Below, one piece after another: positions 39,673 through 50,444 of a DNA stretch of 64,000 nt. Made by a program: the position numbers and the translations under genes. The stretch's first letter is position 1. The number at the start of each line of letters is the position of its first letter. The notes under the pieces were generated by a model, which saw only the letters and a program-made list of their open reading frames with translations, had not been told where the DNA came from and made no database searches. Source of the DNA: Octopus vulgaris (taxonomy: Eukaryota); NCBI GenBank assembly GCA_951406725.2, contig OX597816.1, forward strand, positions 130,386,001-130,450,000, given 5' to 3'.

Positions 39673-42600
39673 GAGAATTCACAAAAATACAAAAGACAAA
39701 GACAGGTGTTGTAGACATATATATTTGTGTGTGTTTGTCCCCCTGCTATTGCTTGACAACCGATGCTGGTGTATTTATGTCCATGTAACTTAGCGGTTCA
39801 GCAAAAGAGAGCAATAGACTAAGTACTAGGCTTAGAAAGAATGTCCTGGGGTCATGTTCTTCAACTAAAACCCTTTATGGTGCTGCTGTCAAATGACTGA
39901 AACAAGTAAAAAAAAAAAGAAATCCCAATATAAATCAACACACACACACACACACCACCAGTCCAACATGTATCTCACATTTTTGAAGATGTGTATATGA
40001 TGGTAATGCAACTGTACTGCAACTGCAGCTAGTTTCCAGATCCTGAGATTTGGCTGTGTTGATGCATGTGGTTGTTTAGCCTAAAGTCAGCCCTGATGAA
40101 GCAGACTTTTGACTGAAGGTTTAGTTCCAATTTTTCCACATTATAGTGTGTCTCAGAGTACGTTACTCAGTATATCCCCTTTTTTTAAAGGATAGTAAGG
40201 ATGTGTTTTGTGGGAGATTTGGTTGCTATTTTGTTAGTTCAATAACCTTTTGGCTTGATATGAATTGTTGTTGAGTGCAGTGAATTCTTCGAGCCTTAGG
40301 TGTAAGCTGAGGTTTTTGACTCAGTTGCTTTATCAGTTTTCTGATGGAAGGAAGTTGGTTAAGGTCATATTCCAAGTGGACAATACATATTTTGTTTTGT
40401 GTTCTTCTTTGTGTGGTTTTGGTGGCTGAATTTTTTGAAAAATGTTTTGATTTGGGTATTTACTTGTTTTGGGAAAGTGGGCTTCATCATCATTATCATC
40501 ATAATCATTATTTTATGTTCACATTTCCATGCTCGCATGGGTTAGATGGAGTATGTTGAAGCAGCTTTCAATGGCCAGATGCTCTTCCTGTTGCCATCAT
40601 GTATTTTTTATAGAAGACTAGAAATAATTGACGTTGCTTGTATGACAGTACTGCTCTCTTTACAAGCATCATATGATATCAGGGCAAGTGTATGACCCCA
40701 CTTTCCATATTTACGAAATATATACATGTATATATTAGGTTTTCATCTACTAAACTCACTCACAGGGCTTTGGTCAGCATGAGACTATAGAAGACACATG
40801 CCCAAAGTATCATACAGTGCGACTTACCCAGGTACATATGGTTGAGAAGCAAGTTTTTTAACCATACAGCCATGCCTGTGCTTATTATATGTCATTATCA
40901 TCATCATCTTCATCACTACCACCACCACCACCACCACCACCATCATCATCATTTAACATCTTTTATCTTGCTAGTTTGGGTTGGACAGTTTGATAGGAAC
41001 AGATGAGTCAGAAGGCTTCTCCAGGTTCTATGTCTACTTTGGTTTTGTTTCTACAACTGGATGCCCTTCCTAATGCCAACCACTCATTTAAAATTGTTAT
41101 TGTGGTGTGCATGCTGCTAATTATTTTCTATAATGTTTTATTGCTTGTTTCGTTATGTATTCTGGATGTAGATATTTGTCACCTTTTTTCTGTTTTTCTA
41201 TGGTTTATTTTCATTGCTACTTCTTTATTTTTTGGGTGCTGAGATTTTTTTTGTCATGCATAGTAGTGATGTATTGTGTTTGTGGTCGAGTCTAGTTTTT
41301 ATCAGGTTGGCTATTTCAGTGATGGTAAAGATCCCCTTTAGTCATGAATGACCATAGGATGCATCTAGAAAGTTCCCTTTCAAGGCACAAGTCTGGGCAA
41401 GGTTGTTTATGAAAGACCAGCAATTGCTCTTGCATACCAGCCTCCACTCTTCATGCTGCCAATGTTATCCAAAGGCTGATACAGCTTGGCACCAGTGATG
41501 TCGCAATTCACTTTTACAGCTGAGGGAACTGGAGCAACATGAAATAAAGTTTCTTATTCAAGAACACAATGCATAGTCTGGTCCAGGAATTGAATCCACT
41601 ACCTCATGGTTGTGAGCCCAATACTCTAACCACTGAGCCATGTGCCTTCACAGTAATGTAATTGACACTGTATTTTTTTAATATTGTCTTCTATATGGCT
41701 TATCTTTTACTTGTTTCTGTCATTGGGGTGTGGCCTTACTGGGACACCACCTTGAAGGGTTTAGTTGAACAAATTGAATCCTGTACTTTTTTCTTCATTA
41801 AGTGTGGTACTTATTCTATTGGGTTATGTTGCCGAACTGCTAAGTTACAAGGATGTAAATAAACCAATGCTGATTGTGGTGGAGACACACACACGCACAC
41901 ATACACACAAAATGCTTTTGCGCAGTTTCTATTGAGCAAATTCATTCATAAGGTATTGGCTGGCCGAGGGCTAGAGTAGAAGACACTTGCCCAAGGTGCT
42001 GCATTGTGGGACTGAACCTGAAGCCATACGATTGCGAAACAAATTTATTAACCACAGAACCATGCTTGTGCCTGCACATATATATATATATATATTTATA
42101 TATGTATACATATATATGTGTATGTATTGTGGATTTGTACCTAGTTGTTTGATATGTTGGGATTCAAGTTTGAGTAGATCTTAGTTGATCTATAGCTTCA
42201 ATAATGACCTGTTGTTTGATGTATAGCTTTAGTTATAACTTCATGTTTGATGTGTAACTTCAGTTATATCCAGTTGTTTTATTGTATTTAAATCCAATAA
42301 CGATCTTCCTTTAATTCTAGAATTCTTTAATAAAAGAAGAAAAAACAACAGTCAGCAAAACAGTTTTGAGACTGAGTTTAATGCAAGATTTTTGTTGCAA
42401 GTGATCAATCAATAGCCATCATATAAATCAATACTTATAGTCATTATGTTGAGTGTAGTGCTGCAAGGAAAAATGTTTTTGATTTAAAAAATACCAAAAA
42501 AAAAAAAAATGAAAGAAAAAATTTCAGTTACATAAACATCTCCCCCATATTTTCTGTTTTGCCATATCTAACAACTTTGGCGCAATATTTGTATTGCAGC

Positions 42601-45600
42601 ATTTGCTATTGTTTTTATTTATTATTTAGTAATTAGTTTATTTATTGGTGCTGCATATAGACGACATATGCAGCAGATATTTATTACAGCCAGACATATG
42701 TCCAGATGGTATTTTCTGCAGTCTGCAGAAACTGTGTCTTATTTTCATGATTACTGCCTAATTGGCAATTTAGGACAATGTCAGTGATGTCTAATTCAAT
42801 AAACTAGCTTAGAGTAGAAAGAAACAATTAGATGAAGGAAGGCTGACATTTTTAGGTGGTGGTGTAGTAGTAGTAGTAGTAGTGGTGGTGGTGGTGGTGA
42901 TGATAGTAGTGCTGTTGGCAAGGGTTTTTATAATGTCGTCATTGTTTTCTTGAACCTTCTGACAAGCTTGTAGATAGAAACTGATGTATCCTTTGCATTT
43001 TTTTCCTTTTTGTGGAGGAAAATACAGTAGCTGTGTGTCTAATAAGATTTGGATATCAGTGTCTCATGAAAAACTACTGTATGATTCTCTGGCTTCCACT
43101 GTATTACTTTGTCTCTTGCAAACTTTGGTAATTAGATTTCTCAATCGGCAATTGACACTGTCTATTGAAGAAGTGCTCCTTCAGATCTTTAATGAAATAT
43201 TTATTTAACATCAATGAAGATGTTAGCTGTCTAGTCAGACCAGATCTTTTGTTTCTTATTGGTCAAATTATAGATATTTTTATTTTATTTTATTTTATGG
43301 AATTCCTTCACCAAATAACTTCCTAGGAGGGTGTAATTCCAGTTTAAATGGAATTTCTATTTTCTGTCTTCTTTCTTTGAGTCAGCCACCACACCCCATA
43401 AAATAAAAAGACAATTTGAATACAGGGCCTGTTCAAACAGAGATGACATTTAATAGTTTTCTGCTATTCTACACTGTGATAGCCTTAGCCTAACTGATAT
43501 CAAAAGGTTTGCCATTAATTCTCATCAGCTCAGGCATTTTACTTCAATTTCTTGAATGAAATGAGAAATAGATTTTTTTTTCCTCATAGGCTAGAAAGAA
43601 GAAAAGAAACAAGATAAATAAAATTGTAAGGAAATAAACAAAAAAAAAAAGAGAGATGGAGCTTTCAAGAGTTTTTACTTTTGGTTTGCCAACTTCATAT
43701 GTGAATTAAATTAAAAATACCCAAAAGGAAGAAAGAAAAAGAAAATACCCACCCCATTTGGAAATCTGGTCATATTTTAATTGATTTTTTTCTGTAATTT
43801 AGTTTTATTGTGAAATAGCATAATATCCACTAATTTTTTTTCATCTGGTCTGTCTATCATACTTTCTTTAGTTAATTTGATATTCTGAAGAAAGAAAAAA
43901 ATTATGGTTCCTATGATTGTAAGCACGAAGAAATTGAGTGTTTGTTAATACCTATTCTAAACTGATGCCAAGATGAAACATGTCTATGTTAGTATGTTCT
44001 AGATCAAGGGGTCCCCAGCTACTGGGCTGAATTGTGCATCAGTACTGAATTGTGGATCATTTGGTACATGGCTACTTGGAAAAAATAAATTTTAAAATTT
44101 TATTTCTATTTCATTGACTATCACAGTCTGTTGGGTGTTTTTGCATTTTATATGTAGTATATTTTTATTATATATGTAAGGCAAAGACCCCCTTTGGTCA
44201 TGAATGACCATGGGATTGCATCTAGAAAGTTTCCCTCTGAGGCACAACTCTGGGCAAGGTTGTTTGTGAAAAACCAGCTGTCACTCATGCATATCAGTCT
44301 CCCCTCTCTACACCACTGGTGTTGTCCAAAGAAAAGGCAAAGGCCGATACAGCCTGGTACCAGTGATGTCACAACTCATTTCTACAACTGAGTGAACAGG
44401 AACATCATGAAATATATTGTCTTGCTCAAGAACACAGCACATGGCCCGGTTCATGAATCAAACCTACAACCTTGCAATTGTAAGCTCAATGCCCTAACCA
44501 CTGAGCCATGTGCCTTCACTTATATATGGTAATAATTTAATTATGTATTGTGCACTTTGTGTTTTGTTATGTGCACGATCCCCTGGTTTCTGGGAAAATT
44601 GTTTTGCATCAGACTGGTACATACTGCAAACAAGTTTGGGGATCATTGTTCTAGATGACAAAAAAAGTTGACAATAATTAGAAACCTAAAGACAATCCAT
44701 TCTCTTGTTACATCAGAATGAAAAATTATCACTGGTGTTGGTGCAGGCTGTTGTTGTATGGTTGTATTGTTTTTTGTTAATATCAGGAGATTCAGCAGCT
44801 TCCTGATGTTGTTGAGTTGACCTGATGAGATTTAATTAAGCAGACTTATGATATAAAACAGCTGATTGAATGCTTAACACTAAATGAAATGTATAGTTAT
44901 AAGGTTTGGTCAGATGGTCATAATTTTAGCTAGGCTTTCCAGTTTTTGAAGGAAGTAGTATCTCGACAGTTAACGACTGATGCGGGTAGTTTATTCCATG
45001 CTACAGCAATTCTGAGCGTGAAAAAATGTTTCCAACAGTCATTGGTGCTCTGTTGTTTTTTGATTTTAGAAGGATGTCCATGAGTGTTTGTTATATGGAA
45101 TTCAAAAAGGTGTCTAAGGTGTTGGAAAGATGGTGGATAATCTTGTTTATGATAAACTTTATTTTACATTTCTTACCCACAAGGGATTATGTTCAATCTT
45201 TAGCATACTGCTGTATGTCTTCTCAAACCACGATCACAGGAAAAGTTGTTAAAGAATTATCAACAAAAACAAAGCTGATAAATATGCACAGGTGTTGCAA
45301 ATTACGTTTAATTACCAATAAACATCAGCTTGGATGACACTTTACTCAACCTTGTAAATATGGCCTGGACCATGATTACCAGCATGTACGTCAGACTTCA
45401 AAAAATAGTTAACCATTTAATGATTTTAGTAAATTTATACAGAAAAAGTATGCATTATACCGTTCAACATAAATAAAAATCAACTTCATTATATTTAACC
45501 CTTTTGATACTAACCTGGCTGAAAAATTTTTGGTTCATAAGACCAACCTGATCATAGCCGACCGAGAGTACCCATTGTTATTTAAATGTAAATTTAAGCA

Positions 45601-48600
45601 CAAATCTCATTAGTACATTTGTGAAAATATGTGATTTCACTTTGTAAATAGTCGAGTTATAGTATCCAACATTGCTTGACGTGATATCTGAACTCAGTGA
45701 ATTTTGGGAGATTTTTTCCCACATTTTTTTGGCATCGATTGTTTTTTCAACTTTGAAAATGGATAGGAGTTTCATGCTATCAATTTAAAGGTTTTTCAAT
45801 GGAAAATATCGAGATATTGAGAAAAAGAATGAACGAGGTACAAAGCACGTGGTGTACAAGAATGAATAGGATATTTCTGTATCCGAAACCGAAAGCAGCG
45901 ATTCTGAAGAAACAAAGCGGCGATAACGACAGCAAAGATGATTTTACATCAGAATGAAGTAAAAACTTTAAAAATGTTATTAGCAATTTTTCTGAGGAGA
46001 TGGGGTCTATCCATAATCTTTCTTAGGAAGTGAAACCATTAAACTTTTATTTTTTTCAGTATGCTTGTTTGAAGTGATCACTGTGGAAACAAACTGTTAC
46101 GCAGAATGTAAGCAAACAGTATATGCCAGGAAAGCCCACGAAATGGGGGATCACAGTTTGGAAAATTTGTGAAGAAAATACTGGGTACTGCTGTGGATTT
46201 AGTTTTTATACAGGGAAAATAATGTTAGTCAACATGGCCTAGGGTATGATGTGGTCTGGAATTTATCACTTCCATACCATAAAACCAGGGCCGTATATTA
46301 TTTTTTGACCGTTTTTTTAAATTTTTTTTTTTTAGTTCGGTCAAACTTGCTGTGGATTTAGGTGGATTCCAGTATTTCAGTTTATTTCACCTTTATGGTA
46401 CACCTGTTCTGTTGTGCATTAAATTCAACTGATAATCTAATGATGTGTACAATTCTATATCAAAATGTTGCATACCCAATTGAATATTAGCTAATGATTA
46501 ATTTTCTATGGTGATGTTTAAACAAAATTTTAATATTTTTACCTTTTGCTCAGTTTACCTGGATTTACCTGTAATTAGAGTCACTTTGAGACAAAAGTTA
46601 TGCAATAGAATTAACTGGGTTTAAATCTTTGTGGGATATCTAGATGAATTTAGACATTTTCATCCGCTTAACTCTTTAGCATTTAATCCAGCCATATCTG
46701 GCCAAAATATTCTACCTGTTTTATGTTTAAACTGGCCAGATCCAGCTTCTCACACTTATACTGCAATGTTATTCTAAAAATAAACAATCACATCATTGAA
46801 ATCTCAAAACTACAAGATAAGCCACAATTAATTAATGACAATGTGAATAAATAAGCATTACATTTAGCAGTAATCTGAATGTTAAAGGAGTTAAATCTCT
46901 TGAATGTTTCATGGTTAAGCATATTTGCTGTTATCGCCAGTCAACATGAAATTTGCAGAGGATGCCTTATATGTTAAAATAACTGAAGGTTGTTATGAAG
47001 TTAATGATGGACTCCCCCTTTGAAGACTATATGAGTATTCAGCTTTTGCTGAATGACCTGCACAAATGATTTGTTTATAGTGATCAAATTAATGTGCTAT
47101 ACATGAGCTGACTCCCTCTATTAAATCGACTTTGAACAGATGAATAGTGTACTACATGTCAGGTGTCAAAGTGATCGCAGAGCAACATGAGATGGTGTTT
47201 TGCTCAAGAACACAACACAGAACTCTGTCTAGGAATTGAAATCACAATCTTGCGATTGTGAGTGCAGCACTCTAACCACTAGGCTATGTGCCTTTACTAC
47301 AAAGTTAATACATGTACATCAAATGTAATAACACCTATGATGAACATACGAGTGTTGAAGTCGGGATGTATTTGTGTGATCATGTCTTATGTTTACATAT
47401 CATTATTTGTCACCTTATTAGAACTTCTGCAGAGTATAAGTGAAGTTGGTCAAGATGCCACTAGCATATTTGCTCCTGTTAACAAAGCAAAGGATATGGA
47501 GAGAGTGGACACCCAGCACCCGTCGTATGGTATCAAGAGAGATCTTATCCGTCTTATTGGAAACATGGTTTATAGAAATAAGGCCAACCAAGACAAGGTA
47601 AGTCCTGGAATTAAATAATGATTTGTGTTCCAATGGTTTATAGAAGACAGATTACAGATACTGTTTAAGCCCCTGGACAACCTTATCTAAGCAGACTTAT
47701 GAACAAAGACTTTTGAACTCAAACCATTTTGTCTGTTTATTTTCAGATGTTTCAAATTTATCACCATGCTAACTGATGTGTGTTGTCTTTTTTTTAAAGT
47801 GGTAGCATGTGATTTGATGGATATTTGGATGCTTTTTCTAACAGGTTTTATGATCACATAGAGCTGCCTTTGTTGGCTTCTACAATTTAGCAGTTTTGTG
47901 ATGAAGGTACTGCAAGGTGGTGCATTGTTAGAGCTTTGGAAAAATACCTTGCAGTATTTGTTCTAGTTCTTGATGTTCTGAGTTCAAATCCTACTGAAGT
48001 CAACTTTCCCTTTCACTCTTCTGGAGTTGATAGAACAAATACAAATATTGGGGTTTATGTAATCAACTGTTCCTTCTCTTCAAATTTCTGGTCTTATACT
48101 TATGTTTGCCTCTTATCTTCCTTGCAATCAATAACATGAAATATCAATCAAGTATTGGGGTTGAACTAATAAAGCAGTTCACTTCCTTCAAAATTACCAG
48201 CCTTTTGACAAAATGAAATCATTAAAGGTGATTGATTGGTGGAAGCATTAGCACATTGGATAAAATATCTGGTGATATTTGTTCTGGTACTTTACATTTT
48301 GAGTTCAAATCCTACTTCAGACAACTTTGCCTTTTATCATTTCAGCAGCAATAAAACTGCAATCAAGTACTGGGGATGATGGTATTGACTAACGCCCCAC
48401 ACACCATCCTCTCAAATTTGTTGGCCTTAATGTGCTATACATTATTATTATTATTATTGTTACCATTATTATTATTATTATCATTATTGAATGAGAGAGC
48501 AATGCATGCTATCAAAGTGATACTAGGGTACAAATATATGAAGCCCAATATACCCATCATGACTACCTGTCTGATAAGAGTACACCAGGCATATGCATTG

Positions 48601-49880
48601 TGATCATATGTGTGTGACATGGTGATCTCATATCAAGATAAATAGTGCATGAACTTGCAGGTGGGGGTCCAGTTAGAATTTTCTTCAGGTTGAGTTGCCC
48701 ATCCTGTTCCAAAAGTTCATGAATAAGGTTTGTTTATGTATGATGAATGAAACACCCATGTTTCCGCAGGTGAATCATTCGAACCCCAAAGAATTCCATC
48801 CAGCGCACAAAATAATGGGGGGATGCTAGGAACGTGGTCTGAGTGTTAAGTGGGCAGCAGCCTGAAAAAGTTTGGGAACCACTGGTTTATGGTTTGTAAA
48901 ATGTTACCTTTATCTATAATAATAAAAGCGAAATTCTGTCTGCCTGTATCTCAGTCTACATTTGCTCAACAGAGACATACCCTTTTGGAATCAGGATGAC
49001 TCTGGGATTGAAAGTGTGCCCTTCCTTTGTTTCTTGAACATCCAGCATTGAAATCTGATTTAAAAGCATTTCGGTTGCTATTTCTAGCAGGTAAAGCTTG
49101 GCTGATTCATGCCATCTTGGTTGGCATTTGTCAGATGATGTCAGAGATCAAGGGGGAGATAAATGACATTTGCTTAATTGATTTTACATCAAAGTAAGAA
49201 CTTTGGGACAAATTGACCAACAGTTGGAATTCAACTTGGGACTGGAACAATAGAATGACTGCATTGCAAAATTCTTATTAGTCCTTAACCTCTGACCAGA
49301 CACCACTTGGGCATATAGTCATAATAGACATATTATAGTCATGCTATTTAGCTCACTTTAGTTTTGGGCAGCAGGAGTTAGCATAAAAGTCTGTATGGAG
49401 TGCAGTTTTTACACTGGTTTTTACACTGGTTTTTACACTGTTTTTTACACTGGTTTTTAATAAAAAAAGCTGTTCTAAAATGTAGCTTTTACTTCTAGGT
49501 CAGAGAACTGAATGGAATCCCATTGATTTTGAACCAAACCAATATTGATGGTAGAAATCCTTGTATCCTTTCATTTATTATTTATTTTACTTGTTATTTA
49601 TAGCTTCATTTACGTCTTAATATCTTCATTAAAATTAATAGTTTTGTTCGTTTATTTAGAAATTTTTGTTTCTATTTTTGTCCTTTTTATTATTTTTTTT
49701 CCTGTTGACCATTTTGAATAATATTTTGTAATCTGTCTTTGTTCCTTAACATCTTCACTCACAGTTATCACACAATGGTCTATTCTTGCCATTCATAATT
49801 TGTGTGAGGATAATGAAACCAATAAAGTTGCCGTTGCTTCGATAAGGCCTGAAGCACAATCAGTCAACAAAGTAACTTAG
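8523..49880 (+). CDS. ATXN10: Ataxin-10 ortholog, 5'-incomplete spliced CDS: join(8523-8687,9702-9769,10073-10175,18483-18668,21778-21855,22854-23037,31331-31442,47422-47597,49499-49562,49765-49880)
   Basis: Ten exons with AG/GT boundaries and compatible phases (2,2,1,2,2,2,0,1,0,1) join into ~416 codons plus TAG. Peptides match remembered ataxin-10 motifs: TEVFRCLRNSC, QFIGN, DSEWG, GIKRDLIRLIGNMVYRNKANQDKVRELNGIPLILNQTNIDGRNPFITQWSILAIHNLCEDN. Confidence 0.95.
9702..9769 (+). CDS. ATXN10: ATXN10 exon (RNSRIPLLARDFIRMILKEGSED)
   Basis: tttttcag| acceptor, G|gtaaga donor; bridges phase 2 to phase 1. Confidence 0.85.
10073..10175 (+). CDS. ATXN10: ATXN10 exon (AEVQLCCAVQFIGNAVVNNYDNQILVWSSFSPDF)
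   Basis: ccttgtag| acceptor, CC|gtaatt donor; resembles vertebrate CGLQFLGNI..N..SQ.IVW. Confidence 0.9.
10208..11440. mobile_element. SINE B (10208-10582, -) and SINE B (10858-11440, +) interrupted by SINE A (10974-11197, -)
   Basis: ctgaccaatgctttt is duplicated on both sides of the nested SINE A (TSD-like). Confidence 0.8.
12110..12460 (-). mobile_element. Decayed LINE RT fragment
   Basis: PQNWLDS...PHRPTLTSILS..FTE loosely resembles P..WK...NYRPISLTS..SK..E. Confidence 0.4.
12954..13256 (+). mobile_element. tRNA-headed short retroelement with Penelope-type hammerhead ribozyme, copy 1
   Basis: A-box TGGCGTAGTGG and B-box GTTCGATTCC; HHR at 13123-13168; 12954-12979 is an inverted copy of the 3' tail; direct repeat aatggttttgta at 12945-12956 and 13257-13268. 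Confidence 0.8.
13123..13168 (+). ncRNA. Minimal type I hammerhead ribozyme motif
   Basis: GACAC-CUGAAGA-A-GGCUG(loop)CAGCC-GAAA-CG-UU-GUGUU; stem I GACAC/GUGUU, stem II GGCUG/CAGCC, palindromic mini stem III (AACGUU). Confidence 0.75.
14211..14584 (-). mobile_element. Non-autonomous Helitron
   Basis: Minus strand begins TC(TC)nTATATAAA and ends with a GC-rich hairpin-like cctgagcaacgacgggc then CTAG; inserted at A|T. Confidence 0.75.
16940..17790 (-). mobile_element. Highly decayed retroelement ORF, probably Penelope-like RT
   Basis: GC-richer block. Minus-strand peptides HLSVNSL, KTASPAQLKESNSAIITTD and VPIESIS..SPPPTHPVA loosely follow the PLE order NLS / AL..L..N..III..ADKG / PLRPIVS..SPT..A. 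Confidence 0.5.
17988..18400 (+). mobile_element. Two tandem SINE family A copies followed by (ATT)n
   Basis: Family A consensus twice, ~80 nt upstream of the 18483 acceptor. Confidence 0.82.
18483..18668 (+). CDS. ATXN10: ATXN10 exon (LLLSSCDWNLGHYTCMVVHNCL...KKEDSEWG)
   Basis: ttttctag| acceptor, GG|gtaagt donor; SEW motif at the exon end. Confidence 0.92.
21778..21855 (+). CDS. ATXN10: ATXN10 exon (IFVLEDFLLVEDFISVMYPQMDNEQK)
   Basis: Pyrimidine tract plus aaag| acceptor, AA|gtaagt donor; resembles the vertebrate exon ending MFPKLNNQER. Confidence 0.9.
22596..22816 (+). mobile_element. ~220-bp piggyBac-type (TTAA) MITE; other copies ~7972-8138 (+), ~31722-31936 (+), ~46672-46890 (-)
   Basis: TIR CCCTTTAGCATT / AATGCTAAA(A/G)GG; TTAA-flanked in the 31722 and 46672 copies; shared internal cacattgttttgaattaatc. 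Confidence 0.8.
22854..23037 (+). CDS. ATXN10: ATXN10 exon (LLVLDVMANQL...DGKEM)
   Basis: ctttag| acceptor; ATG|gtaaat donor in phase 0, matching the next exon. Confidence 0.88.
23630..24170 (-). mobile_element. Decayed CR1/L2/Jockey-group LINE fragment
   Basis: Minus-strand KTHARPTMKYYSHV (cf. YK..IRP.MEY.S..W) and DLHMFKRNI. Confidence 0.45.
25283..28005 (+). mobile_element. Composite non-autonomous Helitron region with internal ~280-bp repeats and nested insertions
   Basis: A|TCTATATATATATAAAG 5' end; second 5'-like end near 25733; 3' end ggcaatgccaggtatctctgCTAG|T; repeated atga.atttggaa...gcataa module at ~25901, ~26183 and ~27771. Confidence 0.6.
27241..27620. repeat. 62-bp minisatellite, ~6 copies, inside a (CAT)n-tailed SINE-like repeat (~27077-27630)
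   Basis: Unit atgtgccaccgacacaggtgccagacgaggctggcgaacggccacgctcggatggtgttttt recurs at 27244, 27306, 27368, 27430, 27492 and 27555; the first four are identical. Confidence 0.95.
29133..29533 (+). mobile_element. Full-length SINE family B with internal (TA)n
   Basis: ggcatggctgtgtggtaag..gggttcagtccc..ggcaccttgagcaagtgtc..atgactgaaacaagtaaa. Confidence 0.9.
30538..30925 (-). mobile_element. Full-length SINE family B
   Basis: Reverse complement of the 29133-29533 copy. Confidence 0.9.
31331..31442 (+). CDS. ATXN10: ATXN10 exon (QPFVLLKELEVLCWATCQHIGYRALTQDDTGLLSCAI)
   Basis: cctttcag| acceptor, A|gtaagt donor; resembles vertebrate RLLDVLCEMT...GLLERVI. This frame is absent from the ORF track. 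Confidence 0.9.
35850..36140 (-). mobile_element. RTE-clade LINE 3' fragment
   Basis: Minus-strand peptides HFKDICMRDLK and RDCHSQVDFSSHRRHC resemble the RTE/BovB C-terminus. Confidence 0.7.
39463..39920 (+). mobile_element. SINE family B with expanded (TA)n
   Basis: Family consensus. Confidence 0.8.
41323..41650 (-). mobile_element. SINE family D (tRNA-derived); other copy ~44180-44520, related head ~47180-47293
   Basis: Shared gtcatgaatgacca..ctagaaagtt..caagaacaca..ctaaccactgagccatgtgccttca. Confidence 0.8.
41700..42075 (-). mobile_element. SINE family B
   Basis: Family consensus, reverse orientation. Confidence 0.78.
44005..44648. mobile_element. hAT (Charlie-like) MITE with a nested SINE (~44180-44520)
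   Basis: Perfect 8-bp TSD ttctagat at 43997-44004 and 44649-44656; degenerate TIRs caaggggtcccca / tggggatcattg. Confidence 0.8.
44925..45150 (-). mobile_element. CR1-type LINE 3' fragment
   Basis: Minus-strand translation NTHGHPSKIKKQQSTNDCWKHFFTLRIAVAWNKLPASVVNCRDTTSFK fits the CR1/L2 ORF2 C-terminus. Confidence 0.75.
45499..46362 (+). mobile_element. Second piggyBac-family remnant, internally deleted
   Basis: TTAA|CCCTTTT end at 45495; manual translation gives VETNCYAE, KQYMPGKPTKWGITVWKICEENTGYCCGFSFYTGK, GLGYDVVWNL and GRILFFDRFF across frameshifts. Confidence 0.8.
47422..47597 (+). CDS. ATXN10: ATXN10 exon (KLLQSISEVG...GIKRDLIRLIGNMVYRNKANQDK)
   Basis: ttattag| acceptor, AAG|gtaagt donor; ataxin-10 C-terminal domain signature. 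Confidence 0.96.
49405..49458. repeat. 12-bp tandem repeat (GTTTTTACACTG) x~4.5
   Basis: Directly visible; ends 40 nt before the 49499 acceptor. Confidence 0.9.
49499..49562 (+). CDS. ATXN10: ATXN10 exon (VRELNGIPLILNQTNIDGRNP)
   Basis: cttctag| acceptor; ends at U12 donor T|gtatccttt. Confidence 0.95.
49563..49764 (+). other. U12-type (minor spliceosome) GT-AG intron, 202 nt
   Basis: 5' site GTATCCTTT is the U12 consensus; branch point TTCCTTAAC at 49742-49750, 14 nt before the 3' junction; removing it restores the frame (NP|F). Confidence 0.95.
49765..49880 (+). CDS. ATXN10: ATXN10 last coding exon (FITQWSILAIHNLCEDNETNKVAVASIRPEAQSVNKVT*)
   Basis: cacag| acceptor after the U12 branch point; QW..AI.NL.EDN motif; TAG at 49878-49880. 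An internal donor at 49872 is possible. Confidence 0.9.
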
Positions 49881-50073
49881 TCCATTTCCAGAAAACTGCC
49901 TTTTTTTTTTTTATCTGCAATCATCTTTGCTGACACATTGCATTTCTCCACTCACAATTTGAAAGCTCAATGCAAACTATATATACACTTATGCAAGTAT
50001 ACATACATATATATATATGCAAATATGCATGTATGTATATAATATATATATGCAAGTGTGTGTGTGTGTGTAT

Positions 50074-50116
<43 letters not shown>

Positions 50117-50444
50117 CATACATATATACACACACACACATGTATGTAAAATTAAAGAAATAGGATTCATGCTTTCTAACTATCTCCTAACTCTCAATTT
50201 TCTTTTCTGTCATTCTTTCTCTCTCTGGATATTTATTAAAATTTATTGAATTGCTAAAGGCCATTATATCATTCCCTTAGTTTTTGAAAATTCATTGCAA
50301 AAAAAAAAAGAATTCTTTTTAATTTAATGTATTAGTATTATCTTCTACTCATGATTGGTCTTATAAGGGTTAATCTCACTCTCCTTCATATTCCATCAAA
50401 GTTATATATATATATTAGAAGGTTTGGAGATGATGTACAAGTAT

